Of a DNA stretch of 64,000 nt, positions 9,111 through 20,500 are shown in pieces (position 1 is the stretch's first letter; the number at the start of each line of letters is the position of its first letter). This DNA is from Phycisphaeraceae bacterium. GTDB taxonomy: Bacteria; Planctomycetota; Phycisphaerae; Phycisphaerales; UBA1924. The translations under genes and the position numbers were made by a program. Location of the stretch: NCBI GenBank assembly GCA_007693965.1, contig RECQ01000031.1:17771-81770 (forward strand), in the 5' to 3' direction. The notes under the pieces are model-generated. The model was not told where the DNA came from. It worked only from the letters and a program-made list of their open reading frames with translations, and made no database searches.

Positions 9111-9153
9111 CTTTCGCGGGCCTTCCCGGCGCTGGGGCGCCTTTACGGAACCT

Positions 9154-10011
9154 TCACTGTTGACAAGACTTGCACCACACCGTCGTCCGCTGGGCAATCG
9201 ACCCGGAGCGGAGCGCCCTGCCGCAGGACCGGCACGGCTCCCCGCCCCGGCCGTACACGGCGTGCTTGAGCTGGAACCAGCCTGACTCCCCCCGGCTGTC
9301 GACGTAGTCCCGCAGCGTCGAGCCGCCCGCTTCAATCGCGCGCCCGAGCGTGGCTCGGATCGCAGCGCACAGGGCCGCCACATCGCGCACATCGCACGCG
9401 AGGCGATCGGGAGCGATCCGGGCCAGGTGCAGCGCCTCGTCGGCGTAGATGTTCCCCAGGCCTGCCAGGACGGACTGGTCGAGCAGGGCCGCCTTGATGG
9501 GTCGGCGGGCACGCTCCAGCCGCGGCCCGAGCTGGTCCGGCGAGATCTCGGCGGCGTCGGGGCCGAGGAGCGACCAGCGCGTGTCGGTCAGCTCGGCGTA
9601 GCTTGCGAAGGTCCACACGCCCCCGAAGCGGCGCGGATCGCGGAAGAGCAGCCGCCCGTCTGACTGCGGGCGGTCGGCGCGGCCGTTGCTCCCGGAGGCT
9701 GCGGGCGTCGCCAGGCGCCATTCGAGGTGGATGTGGTCCGCCCGGGCCGGGGCGGCGCCGCGGGGAAGATGCAGGAGCTGTCCGGACATGCCGAGGTGGA
9801 CGCACAACGTCCGCCCGTCCGCCGCGACGATGGCGAGCTGCTTGCCGCGGCGTTCGAGACGGTCGACGACGGCGCCCCGGAGCAGATGCCGCCCGGTTCG
9901 TCCGCCCTCGATGATGTCGGTGCGGCGGCGGGTCACGGAGACCACGGCTCGCCCGGGCAGGACATCCAGGAGCGATCGGCGCACGGTTTCGACCTCTGGA
10001 AGCTCTGGCAC
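9154..10011 (-). CDS. mutM: Formamidopyrimidine-DNA glycosylase (Fpg/MutM)
   Basis: N-terminal MPELPEVE catalytic Pro2/Glu3 motif and C-terminal zinc finger CRSCGRAL...CKSCQ. 285 aa. Confidence 0.9.
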   Translation of the reverse strand: MPELPEVETVRRSLLDVLPGRAVVSVTRRRTDIIEGGRTGRHLLRGAVVDRLERRGKQLAIVAADGRTLCVHLGMSGQLLHLPRGAAPARADHIHLEWRLATPAASGSNGRADRPQSDGRLLFRDPRRFGGVWTFASYAELTDTRWSLLGPDAAEISPDQLGPRLERARRPIKAALLDQSVLAGLGNIYADEALHLARIAPDRLACDVRDVAALCAAIRATLGRAIEAGGSTLRDYVDSRGESGWFQLKHAVYGRGGEPCRSCGRALRSGSIAQRTTVWCKSCQQ

Positions 10012-10125
10012 GGCGCCGATGGTATCCGTGCGGAACTGCCCGCCGCGCGGCGGGTATCATCCGATGCACGCCGAATCAGAGTCAGCACGCGAAGGGCGCC
10101 CCGCCGCCACTGGAGTTCACTCGAT

Positions 10126-11204
<1,079 letters not shown>

Positions 11205-11208
<4 letters not shown>

Positions 11209-11573
11209 TGCGCTTGCCGGCGAACCGGGAATGGACGTTGGTGTGTGCGGCGCTCGCAGCGGCGGTTGTCGGCGCCGGTGTGTACATGATCGAAGTGGTG
11301 CAATTGATCGGTGTGTATCAGCGCCATCCCTGGTTTATTCCCTGGTTTCTTCCACCTATGGATGGCTTTGATCCTGTTCTTGTCCTGTGCGGGCCTGCGC
11401 TTCTTGGAATGGGTCTCGTCACACTCGCGCATTCGCATCGACGTGCATCGCGGCGGCGCGACAAGCTATGTGTCGAGTGCGCGTATCCGGAAACAGGTCT
11501 TCATGTCGGTGTGTGTCCCGAATGCGGCCACGAGAAAGAGCTGGATCCGATTTGTCCGCGGCTTCGAGTCTGA
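11205..11573 (+). CDS. Small membrane protein with C-terminal C-x2-C...C-P-E-C-G zinc ribbon (hypothetical), translationally coupled to moxR
   Basis: 122-aa ORF whose GTG/ATG start overlaps the moxR stop. Two predicted TM helices, then KLCVECAYPETGLHVGVCPECGHE. Shares the CPECG ribbon signature with the tandem family at 1..4466. Confidence 0.5.
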
Positions 11574-11685
11574 CTGAGCGCACTGAACCGACGCCCTTCG
11601 GAATCGCCGGTGAACATACTGCTCTGTGTTGACGAAGGAGTTGAAGCCGCACCCTTTCCCGCCGCCCCTATCATCCCGGGAGTCC

Positions 11686-12699
11686 ATGTCCGACCCGTCC
11701 TCGACCATTCCGACCTCCCCCGCTCCCGGCGCCGAGGCTGATGCGACGCTGTATCTGCATCCGCAGACGCTGGCGCGGCTGGGGTCGTTCGAGATGCGGG
11801 CCAAGCACATCGTCGAGGGGGTGATGAGCGGGCAGCATCGGTCGCCCTACCAGGGCTTCAGCGTCGAGTTCGCCCAGCACCGGCCCTACGTGGCCGGCGA
11901 CGACATCCGGCATCTGGACTGGAAGGTCTACGGGCGCTCGGACAAGCTGCACCTCAAGCAGTATCAGCAGGAGACGAACCTGGACCTGATGATCCTGGTG
12001 GATTCATCGGGGTCGATGGGGTTCGGGTCGCGGCTCTTCAGCGACGCCTCGGGGCACGGCGAGAAGAAGGGGCCGCGGGGGCAGGCGGAGTGGACCAAGT
12101 TCGATCACGCGACGGCGCTGGCGGCGGCGTTCAGCTACATGGCGCTGCGGCAGGGCGACCGGGCGGGTCTCGCGGTGTATGCGGATGAGATTCTCGCGAT
12201 GACGCCGCGGTCCAGCAGGCAGGGGCAGTGGCGCCAGATCGTCGGGGCGTTGTCGACGCATCCGGTGGACCGGCCGACGGACATGGGGCGCGTGATCGAT
12301 CAGATTCTGGCGAAGCTGAACAACCGGTGCCTGCTGGTGATCATCAGCGATTTCTTTGAGGATCCCGCTGCGATCCGCTCGGCGCTGGCGCGGTGCCGGC
12401 ATCGTCGGCACGATGTGATCGTGTGCCAGGTGGTGGATCGGCGCGAGGCGGAGTTTGATTTCAAGGATGCGACCCCCTTCGACGGCCTGGAGGGCGAGGC
12501 CCGGATCCGCATTGATCCGCGGGCCATTCGCAAGGACTATCTGAAGGCGTTCAAGGATCATCAGGCGGCGCTGCGGAAGATCGTGCGCAGCTTCGGGTTC
12601 GACGACATGGTGGTGAACACGCACGACTGGCTCGGCCCGCCTCTGGCGGCGTTCGTGGCTCGTCGCAACGCGCGCATCAAGCGGAGCAAGATGGGTTGA
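11686..12699 (+). CDS. DUF58 protein (MoxR-associated vWA-like protein)
   Basis: DLMILVDSSGSMGFGS metal-ion-dependent adhesion site motif. Conserved position after MoxR, as in the MoxR-DUF58-Bat clusters. Confidence 0.8.
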   Translation: MSDPSSTIPTSPAPGAEADATLYLHPQTLARLGSFEMRAKHIVEGVMSGQHRSPYQGFSVEFAQHRPYVAGDDIRHLDWKVYGRSDKLHLKQYQQETNLDLMILVDSSGSMGFGSRLFSDASGHGEKKGPRGQAEWTKFDHATALAAAFSYMALRQGDRAGLAVYADEILAMTPRSSRQGQWRQIVGALSTHPVDRPTDMGRVIDQILAKLNNRCLLVIISDFFEDPAAIRSALARCRHRRHDVIVCQVVDRREAEFDFKDATPFDGLEGEARIRIDPRAIRKDYLKAFKDHQAALRKIVRSFGFDDMVVNTHDWLGPPLAAFVARRNARIKRSKMG

Positions 12700-12763
12700 A
12701 GCAGGCATCAGGCATCAGGCACTGGGCATCGGGGCTCTGGCGCGCGGCGTCGGAGGTGTCGCT

Positions 12764-15049
12764 GTGACGCTTCTCAACCTTGGTCTCGGGCTGGCGGGGG
12801 CGGCGTGCATCGCGATCCCGATCATCATTCACCTGCTCTTCCGGCGCAAGCGCAAGCCCGTCATGTGGGGCGCGATGCGCTTCCTGCTGGAGGCGTACCG
12901 GCGCCAGCGCCGACGCCTGACGCTGGAGCAGCTTCTTCTGCTGGCGACGCGATGCATGGTGATTCTGCTGCTGGCTCTGGCGCTTGGGCGTCCGGTGCTG
13001 GAGAGCGCAGGAGCGCTCGGCATGGGCGGATCGCGGCAGGTGTACATCGTCATTGACAACAGTCTTGCATCGAGCGCTCGCACCGAGGGCGGCGAGAGCG
13101 CTCTGGACCGGCACAAGCGTTCGGCGGCGGAGATCATCAGCGCGCTTGGTTCGTCGGACCGGGTGGGACTGATCACGCTGGGTTCGCCCGCGGCGGACCT
13201 GGTCGTGCCCGCTTCGAGCGATCACGGCGCGGTGCGATCGATGATTGAGGAGCTGGATCCGACCGATGCGGGCGCCGACACGCTGGGCGCATTCGAACGG
13301 CTGCGCAGCGAGCTGGAGCGCGAGGACACGCGCAGCGGGACCGTGCTGGTCGCGATGCTGAGCGATTTTCTGCTCGGCTCCGCGGACACGGCCTCTCCAC
13401 TGCCGCGGATTTTCGAGAACACCGACCATGTGCAGTTCCTGGCGAAGCGACCGGTGGAGTCGGGGCCGGGGAACGTGCAGGTCGTCTCGGTCGAGCCGTT
13501 GCGGCCGGTGGTCTTCACCGGCGCTGTGGGGCTGGACGGGCCGACATCGGAAGTGGTGCGCGTGCGTCTTCGCCGGACGGGTCCGATCGTGGCGGAGTCG
13601 GGCGTGACGACGGTGCGATTGCGCGTGGCGGCGGAGACGGAGTCGGGCGACTCGGCCTTCGGGCCCGGGGCGGCGCAGACCGTGGTGCGCTGGTCGCCGG
13701 GGCAGTCTGAGGCGACGGCGGCGGTGCAGGTGGATCTGAGCGCCGCGGGGCGCGCCATCGACTCCGGCGCCGCGGCGTTGATCGCGGAGATTGATCGTGA
13801 CGCGATCGACGGCGACAACGCATACCGGCGTCCGGTGGCGCTGCGGAACGTGCTTGACATCGGTGTGATTGCGCGTCGGCGCTTCGGCCCGGCGCCTCGG
13901 ATCGACCGGCTGGACGCGGCGGACTGGTTGCGCCTGGCGCTGCGTCCGACGGCGATTTCTCCCATCGAGGTGACGGACATCGAGCCGGCGTCGATCGATG
14001 CGCCCAGCCTGGCGCGCCTGGACGCGGCGATGCTCACGCGGCCGGACCTGGTTGACGATGATGGGTGGCTTCGTCTGCGCCGCTTCGTCGAGAATGGCGG
14101 GCTGCTGATGGTCTTCCCCCCCGCCGAGCCGAACGTGCATCTGTGGGGCGACGCGATGCAGGAGCATCTCGGCCTGTCGCTGCGCATCGCGCGGGAGGCG
14201 ACGGCGCACGAGCCGGCGCTGTCGTTGTCGGGCGAGGCGCCGGCGACGGACCTGCTGGCGCCGATTCGTGATGAGTTGTCGGATCTGGCGCCTCCGGTGG
14301 GCGTGTTTCGCACGCTTGCGATCGAGGAAGCGGGCGCCGGGATGGAGACGCTGCTGCTCCTCTCCGACGGATCGCCGTGGATCGTGGCGGGGTCGCCGAT
14401 GGTGGAGGACGAAACGGAAGCCGAAGCGCTGCGGGACGAGCGCGGCCTGGTGGTGTATTTCTCCTCAGCGCCGACGTTGTCGTGGACGGAGCTTCCGGCC
14501 AAGCCGCTGATGGTGCCGCTGACGCACGAGCTGACGCGCCAGGGCGTGGGCCGGGCGCATGGATCGTGGTCTTCGCGGGCGGGGGCCGCGGCGTCGGCGC
14601 CGGCGCGGACTGTTGAGCTTCGGGGTTTGGATGGTCGCGCGGGCGACGCGTCTCACGCGGTCGACGAGCGCGGGCGCACGACAGAGCCACTGCGCCGGGC
14701 CGGGCTGTTTCACGCGGTTGATGCGCGCCGGATGGGTCGCGGCTTCGTGGCGGTGAATGCGGACATCGAGGCGGGCCGGACTGATGCGCAGTCGCCGCAG
14801 GCCGTGCAGGGCTGGCTGGCGGCGAGCGGGCTGGGCACGCCGATGTGGATCGATGGCGATGGTCCTCGCGGCGCTGGAACGGAGATTGCGCTGGCCGGCG
14901 AGCAGGCGCGGTCGCCTGTGAGTCTGCCGCTGCTGATCGCAGCCCTGATCTTCGCAGTGATCGAGTTGATCATGGCCCGTTTCTTCAGTCATGCGTTCCG
15001 CGAGGAACGCGGCGTCGGGCGCAGGGGCGCGGCGGGAGGCGCCGCATGA
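12764..15049 (+). CDS. BatA-like aerotolerance-operon protein: N-terminal double-TM domain, vWA domain, C-terminal TM
   Basis: N-terminal LLNLGLGLAGAACIAIPIIIHLLFRRKRKP...LLLLATRCMVILLLALALGRP matches the BatA N-terminal domain. VYIVIDNSLASS vWA motif. GTG start. Confidence 0.7.
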   Translation: MTLLNLGLGLAGAACIAIPIIIHLLFRRKRKPVMWGAMRFLLEAYRRQRRRLTLEQLLLLATRCMVILLLALALGRPVLESAGALGMGGSRQVYIVIDNSLASSARTEGGESALDRHKRSAAEIISALGSSDRVGLITLGSPAADLVVPASSDHGAVRSMIEELDPTDAGADTLGAFERLRSELEREDTRSGTVLVAMLSDFLLGSADTASPLPRIFENTDHVQFLAKRPVESGPGNVQVVSVEPLRPVVFTGAVGLDGPTSEVVRVRLRRTGPIVAESGVTTVRLRVAAETESGDSAFGPGAAQTVVRWSPGQSEATAAVQVDLSAAGRAIDSGAAALIAEIDRDAIDGDNAYRRPVALRNVLDIGVIARRRFGPAPRIDRLDAADWLRLALRPTAISPIEVTDIEPASIDAPSLARLDAAMLTRPDLVDDDGWLRLRRFVENGGLLMVFPPAEPNVHLWGDAMQEHLGLSLRIAREATAHEPALSLSGEAPATDLLAPIRDELSDLAPPVGVFRTLAIEEAGAGMETLLLLSDGSPWIVAGSPMVEDETEAEALRDERGLVVYFSSAPTLSWTELPAKPLMVPLTHELTRQGVGRAHGSWSSRAGAAASAPARTVELRGLDGRAGDASHAVDERGRTTEPLRRAGLFHAVDARRMGRGFVAVNADIEAGRTDAQSPQAVQGWLAASGLGTPMWIDGDGPRGAGTEIALAGEQARSPVSLPLLIAALIFAVIELIMARFFSHAFREERGVGRRGAAGGAA

Positions 15050-17415
15050 ATGAAATGCTTTCCTGGCTGCTTGACCTGAATATGCTCGACCTGGGCGCGG
15101 AGAATGTGCGCTTCGGTTTCGAGCGGCCGCTGCCGTTATGGGGATGGTTCCTTGTGGTGCAGGCGGCGGTGGCGCTGGCGGCGTGGAGCTACTGGCGTCT
15201 GTCCGGATCGCGGTTCATGCGCGGGGCGCTGGCGGGTGTGCGCGCGGCGCTGCTGCTGCTCCTGGTGGCGCTGATCTGCGGGCCGCAACTGGTGCAGAGC
15301 GACGAGACGGTCGAGCGCGACTGGGTGGTCGCGCTGGTGGACCGCTCGCTCTCGATGACGATCGAGGATGTGGACATCGGGAACGGGCGGATTTCGCGCG
15401 AGGAGCAGTTGCGCCGGTCTTTGCAGCGCTCGTGGCCGACGTGGGAAAGCCTCGCTGAGCAGCGCCGCGTGGTGTGGCTCGGCTTTGACGCCGGCGCCTA
15501 CGACCTGCCCGTCGACATGGATGAACAGACCGGCGAAGGAATGACGCTGCGCCTGGACGAGCCGCAGGGACGGCGCACGAACATCGGGGCGGCGATGGAC
15601 CAGGCCCTGCGCCGGGCCGCGGCGCGGCCGCTGTCCGGCGTGGTGATCTTCTCCGACGGCAAGTCGCTGGATGAGCCCTCACGCGCGGCGATGCGCCGTC
15701 TGAGGGCAGAGCGCATTCCCGTGCACGTTGTGCCGCTGGGCAGTGAGATTCCCGTGGGCGACCTTGCGATTCGCAGGGCGGAGGGGCCCGGCATGGCGTT
15801 CGTCGACGACACGGCGCCGGTGACGGTCGAGATCGAGCGCGTCGGCGCCCCCGAGGGCCTCGGCGGCACGCTTCGGCTCCTGGACAAGGCGACGGGGCGC
15901 GTGCTGGATGAGCGTCCGATTGATCCTGACGAGGAAACGCAGACCATCACGCTCACGCACCGGCCCGAAGAGCCCGGCGATGCGACGTGGGTCGTTGAGA
16001 TTCTGCCCGACGGACCCGACCTGATCGCGGGCAACAACCGCGCCGAGGTGCCGATCGAGTTGATCGACCGGCCGCTGCGGATTCTGTACGTGGATGGGTA
16101 TCCGCGCTGGGAGCAGCGCTTCCTGCGCAATCTTTTCCTGCGCGAGGGGTCGATCCTGTCGAGCAACCTGCTTCTGGCGCCGAATCGCAGGCCGAGCCAG
16201 GAGGGCGACGTCGAGATCGACGCCCTGCCCGATTCGTCGGGCGCGTGGGGCCAGTACGACCTGGTCGTGATCGGCGACGCGAGTCCGGAGGTCTTTTCGC
16301 GAAAGCAGCTCGAAGATCTGCGCGAGCATGTGTCGGTGCGCGGCGGGGGTCTGCTGTGGATCGGCGGCGAAGGCTTGACGCCCGAGGCGTGGTGGGGAAC
16401 GCCGCTGGCGGATCTGCTTCCCTTTACACGCGACGGACTGCGCTCCGGCGGAGCGACCACGCCGTCGATCGTGCGCCCCACGGCGCTGGCGGAGCGCTTC
16501 GGCGTGATGCGCCTCAGTGATTCACCGGAAGAGCCGTGGCCCGCGGAGCTCTCCAGCCCCGACACGGGCTGGTCAATGCTGCGCTGGCGCCAGCCGATCG
16601 ATCCGGCCGGGCTCAAGCCGACGGCGGAGGTGTTGGCGCTGGCGACGCCGGCGCATGCCTGGGGCAGACCCGACAGCGCCGACGCGACGCCTCTGGTGAT
16701 GTCGATGCGCTACGGCGCCGGGCGCATCATCTACGTCGGAACCGATGAGATCTGGCGCTGGCGCTATGGTCGGGGCGAGGTGTACTTCGAACGCTTCTGG
16801 CTCCAGCTCGTGCGGCTGCTTGGGCGCGAGAGCCTGGCCCGGACCGGGCGCGACGCCGCCCTCACCATCGAGCCCCGCCGCGCTGTGGTCGAACCCACAG
16901 GCGCCGGCGTTCGCATCGCCATCGAGCTGTTGGACCAGTCGCTGGTCGAGATCGGGCTGAGCTCCATTATGGTGCGGCTGGAGCGCCGACGACTGCCCGG
17001 CGAAGCCGAGGACCCAGCCCCCGTCGAACTCACGCTCCGCCCCGAAGATCGCGCCGGGCGCCTCTTCTCCGGCACATGGATTCCCACAGAGCCCGGCGAG
17101 TGGCAGGTGAGGGCGGCGGAATCCGCTCTGGCTGGCTACGGGCTGGAAGAGCGGATCACCGTTTCGCTCCCGGACGACGAACTCCGAAGCCCAGAGACTG
17201 ATCATGCCCTTCTCGCCCGACTGGCAGAAGATTCTGGTGGCAAGGTGTTCGACCCGGGCGATCTCTCGCAACTGCCGGCGGAGCTGCCCAATCGGCGGGT
17301 GCGTCTGTTGAGCGAGACTGCGGAATCATTATGGGACACGCCACTGGCGTTGATCCTGGTGGTGATGCTGCTCACGATGGAATGGGTGGGCCGCAGGCTG
17401 GTGCGCCTGGTCTGA
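15046..17415 (+). CDS. BatB-like vWA-domain membrane protein (aerotolerance-cluster family), with a class-I glutamine-amidotransferase-like region
   Basis: Two N-terminal TM helices, VVALVDRSLSMTIEDV vWA motif, C-terminal TM. Start ATG overlaps the preceding stop (ATGA). Confidence 0.7.
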   Translation: MNEMLSWLLDLNMLDLGAENVRFGFERPLPLWGWFLVVQAAVALAAWSYWRLSGSRFMRGALAGVRAALLLLLVALICGPQLVQSDETVERDWVVALVDRSLSMTIEDVDIGNGRISREEQLRRSLQRSWPTWESLAEQRRVVWLGFDAGAYDLPVDMDEQTGEGMTLRLDEPQGRRTNIGAAMDQALRRAAARPLSGVVIFSDGKSLDEPSRAAMRRLRAERIPVHVVPLGSEIPVGDLAIRRAEGPGMAFVDDTAPVTVEIERVGAPEGLGGTLRLLDKATGRVLDERPIDPDEETQTITLTHRPEEPGDATWVVEILPDGPDLIAGNNRAEVPIELIDRPLRILYVDGYPRWEQRFLRNLFLREGSILSSNLLLAPNRRPSQEGDVEIDALPDSSGAWGQYDLVVIGDASPEVFSRKQLEDLREHVSVRGGGLLWIGGEGLTPEAWWGTPLADLLPFTRDGLRSGGATTPSIVRPTALAERFGVMRLSDSPEEPWPAELSSPDTGWSMLRWRQPIDPAGLKPTAEVLALATPAHAWGRPDSADATPLVMSMRYGAGRIIYVGTDEIWRWRYGRGEVYFERFWLQLVRLLGRESLARTGRDAALTIEPRRAVVEPTGAGVRIAIELLDQSLVEIGLSSIMVRLERRRLPGEAEDPAPVELTLRPEDRAGRLFSGTWIPTEPGEWQVRAAESALAGYGLEERITVSLPDDELRSPETDHALLARLAEDSGGKVFDPGDLSQLPAELPNRRVRLLSETAESLWDTPLALILVVMLLTMEWVGRRLVRLV

Positions 17416-17590
17416 GTGCCTCGGGCCTCCGGGGCGTGTGCGCGGCAGGTCTTCGGGGTGCATCGGCGGTGTCTCGGGCCGATATGGAATGGTGGAGAGG
17501 AACGGCGGCGCGGCGTCGGCGTCGAAAGTGAGTTGAGACGATCCAACCCGAGGGCGGGACGTACCAGTAAGAGAGGCCTCAGGACGCCGC

Positions 17591-20500
17591 ATGACCGACC
17601 AGTCACACCACAACAATCCGGATGGGGCCGTTTCCGGCGCCGGCATCGCGAAGGTGCGTACTTCGCTGACGCGTCTTGCGGCGAGGGCCCGGACGATTCT
17701 GCTGGCGCAGCGGCTGCTGCTCGGCGTGGCGGCGCTTCTGGCGGCGCTCATGTTCGTTGGGATGGTGGATTTTCTGTTCCGGTTCCCGATCGGGCTGCGG
17801 CTGTTTCAGTTGGCGGCGGGGCTGGCGATTCTGTCGTACGCCTTCTGGAAGTTCGTGCTGCCGGCGTGGCGTTTTCGCCCGTCGGCGACGGCGGTGGCGC
17901 TGCGTCTTGAAAAGCGGCATCCCGAGTGGGAGGGCTATCTGGCCAGCGGGCTGGAGTTCGCCTCCGGTGGCGATGCATCGCGCGAAACTGCAGACAGTCC
18001 GGAGATGGCGCGATACCTGTCGACGCGCGTGGTCGATGAGGCGGCGCGTCGGTGGAAGCCGGGAGATCTCGGGCGCGTGTATCGGCTGGAGGCGTTGCAG
18101 CGGGCGGGATTGCTGGCGGCGCTGGCGATTGTGGTCATCGCTGCTATCGGGTGGTTGAGCCCCAACCTGGCGATGATTTCGGCGGCGCGCACGCTGACGC
18201 CGTGGTCCGGCGCCGAATGGCCCAAGCGCACGATGGTGGTGGATGCGACGGATGTTGAGGTGCATCCGCTCGGCGCCGCGGCGCCGCTGCGGGCGGCGCT
18301 GGTGCGGTCGCATCGGACTGCGGATCGCACCGATGTCGCGGTTCGTTACCAGCTCATTCGCGATGGGCGCGTCGCGCAGTCGCGTCGGGCGTTGCTGACG
18401 TGGCAGGAGCGGGAGATTGATGTCGCTGGCGGCGGCAGCGGCGCGCTCTTCGAGCGGCTGGTGGATGCGGATGCGGACGTACTTGAGTATCGGTTCGAGA
18501 CCATCGACGACCAGACGCCCTGGCGACGCATCAAGCTGACGCCGGCGCCGGAGGTGAAGACGGCGCGGGTTCGCATCTCGCCGCCGGAGTATGCGTCGGC
18601 GCTGCGGGACGCGCAGGCGGAAGATGCTGAGGCGGGATTCGGCCCTCTGGAGCGCGACATGGGTCCGGGTCGTGATGAGCGGGCCGTGGCGCCGCGGTCC
18701 CTGGCGGGAAGCCGGGTGGAGCTGGACATCGAGTTGAACAAGCCGACGCCTCTGTCGCCGGACGATTCTTCCTGGGTCGTCGCGACGCTGGGTCCGGACG
18801 CCGCCACGGCGGGCGTCGACATCGAGGCGCTGGATGGCGAGGAGGGCGCCGCATCGCGGTGGCGCCTGCGCTGGACGCTGGATGACTCGGTGCGCCTGAC
18901 GGTGTCGCTGGTGGATGAATATGGAATTGTCTCGGTTGACGACTCGGTCTACCGCTTCGAAGCGGTGCAGGACCAGCCGCCCACGGTGACGGTGACGGCG
19001 CCGGATTCGGATCGCAGCGTGCTGGCGACGGCTGTGGTGGATGTTGAAGCTGAGGCGCGTGACGATGTGGCGCTGGACTCGGTATGGATCGAGCGGCAGC
19101 GGTCCCGTCCCGCCGGCGCGGCAGGCCGCGACCCCAGCGGACCGGGCGGCGCCATGGAGCCGATCGAGGATCCGGTGGAGATCGCACGTGTGGACGGCGC
19201 TTCGCAAACACTGGCCCGGGCGCGCACACAACTGGACCTGTCCACGCTCGGAGTGCGGCCGGGAGATGAGGTGCTGATCCAGGCGTTGGCGACGGACATC
19301 TACGCGACGGAGACGGTGCTGCGCGATCCCTCGAAGTCGATGGTGCGCCGGCTGCGCATCATCTCCGAGGCGGACCTGATCGAGGAAATTCGTTCTGAGC
19401 TCAACGCCGTGCGCCAGTCGGCGATCCGGTTGGATGAACAGCAGCAGCAGATTCGCGACAACATCCGGCGCGACGGCGCCGATGCACAGGCGCGACGGGG
19501 CCAGGCCCAGGTGAGCGAGCGCATCGCGCGGCAGCGCGATTCGGTGGACCGGCTGAGCCAGCGGGCCGAGACCAACGCGCTCGATGACGATCGACTGGAG
19601 AGTCTGCTCGACGAAGCGCGGCGCCTGCTGGATGAGGCGGGTCGGCGCTCGGAAGAGGCGGCCCGGATGATCGACGAAGCGGCTCGTGAGCAGGAGCATC
19701 GCGCCGGTGAGCCCGGCGCTGACGGGGCAGATGGCGAAGCCGGCGCCGCGGATGGCGATTCAGACGGGGTGGATGAATCTGAAGAGCGGTCGGAAGTCGA
19801 GCAGGCCGCGGACCGGGCCCAGCGCGATGTGCAGCGCGAGTTGGAAAGCCTGATCGAATTGCTGGACCGGGGTGAGGACGCGTGGGTGATGCGTCGGCAG
19901 CTCGAGAACATTCTTGAAGAGCAGCGCGAGCTGCGCGAGCAGACGGCGCAGGCGGGCGCTGAGACGGCGGGTCGCTCGGTCGGTGAACTGAATGAGCAGG
20001 AGCGCTCCGCGCTGGAGGACATCGTGCAGCGGCAGCAGGAGCTGGCCGAGCGGCAGCGCGAGTTGGCCGAGGAGCTGCGCGACCGGGCCGCCGAACTGCG
20101 CGAAGACGATCCTGCGGCGGCGGCGGGCTTGGCCGAGGCGGCGCGCCGGGCCGAGGAGAACCAGACCGATCAGACCATGCAGCAGGCGGCGGGCGAGGCG
20201 CAGGAGAACCGCATGTCCCAGGCGGGACAGTCGCAGGAGCAGGCCATCGAGGATCTGGAAGAGATGCTCGAAGGCCTCGACCGCGCCGAGCAGGCCCGCG
20301 AAGAGGCGCTGCGCCGCGTGCTGGCCAGCATCATCGAATCGATCGAAGCCCTCATCCGCAGGCAGGAAACGGAGTTGGAGACGCTCCAGGCCGCTGAGGA
20401 TCGCGGCGCGTTCGATGGTGTCGATGTGGGCATGATTCGACTCAATCAGAACACGCTGGGCGTGCAGGACACGGCGCGGGCGACGGACCGGGCCCTGGCG

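Larger units (their letters stand above)
8642..9153. other. Putative oriC: DnaA-box cluster plus an AT-richer candidate DNA-unwinding element (about 8890..9060), lying between dnaA and convergent mutM.
   Basis: Perfect TGTGGATAA at 8740..8748 and 9102..9110. One-mismatch TTCTCCACA boxes at 8875..8883 and 9092..9100, the latter head-to-head with the perfect box. 11-mer direct repeats (cccaccacacc x3) at about 8670..8705. Local GC drops in 8890..9060. Confidence 0.55.

Noticed and set aside
12677-14502. Minus-strand ORFs (510 aa, 426 aa) opposite the BatA-like gene
   Set aside because: They overlap a plus-strand CDS with recognisable BatA N-terminal and vWA motifs. Their translations are R/P/S/A-rich with no motifs.
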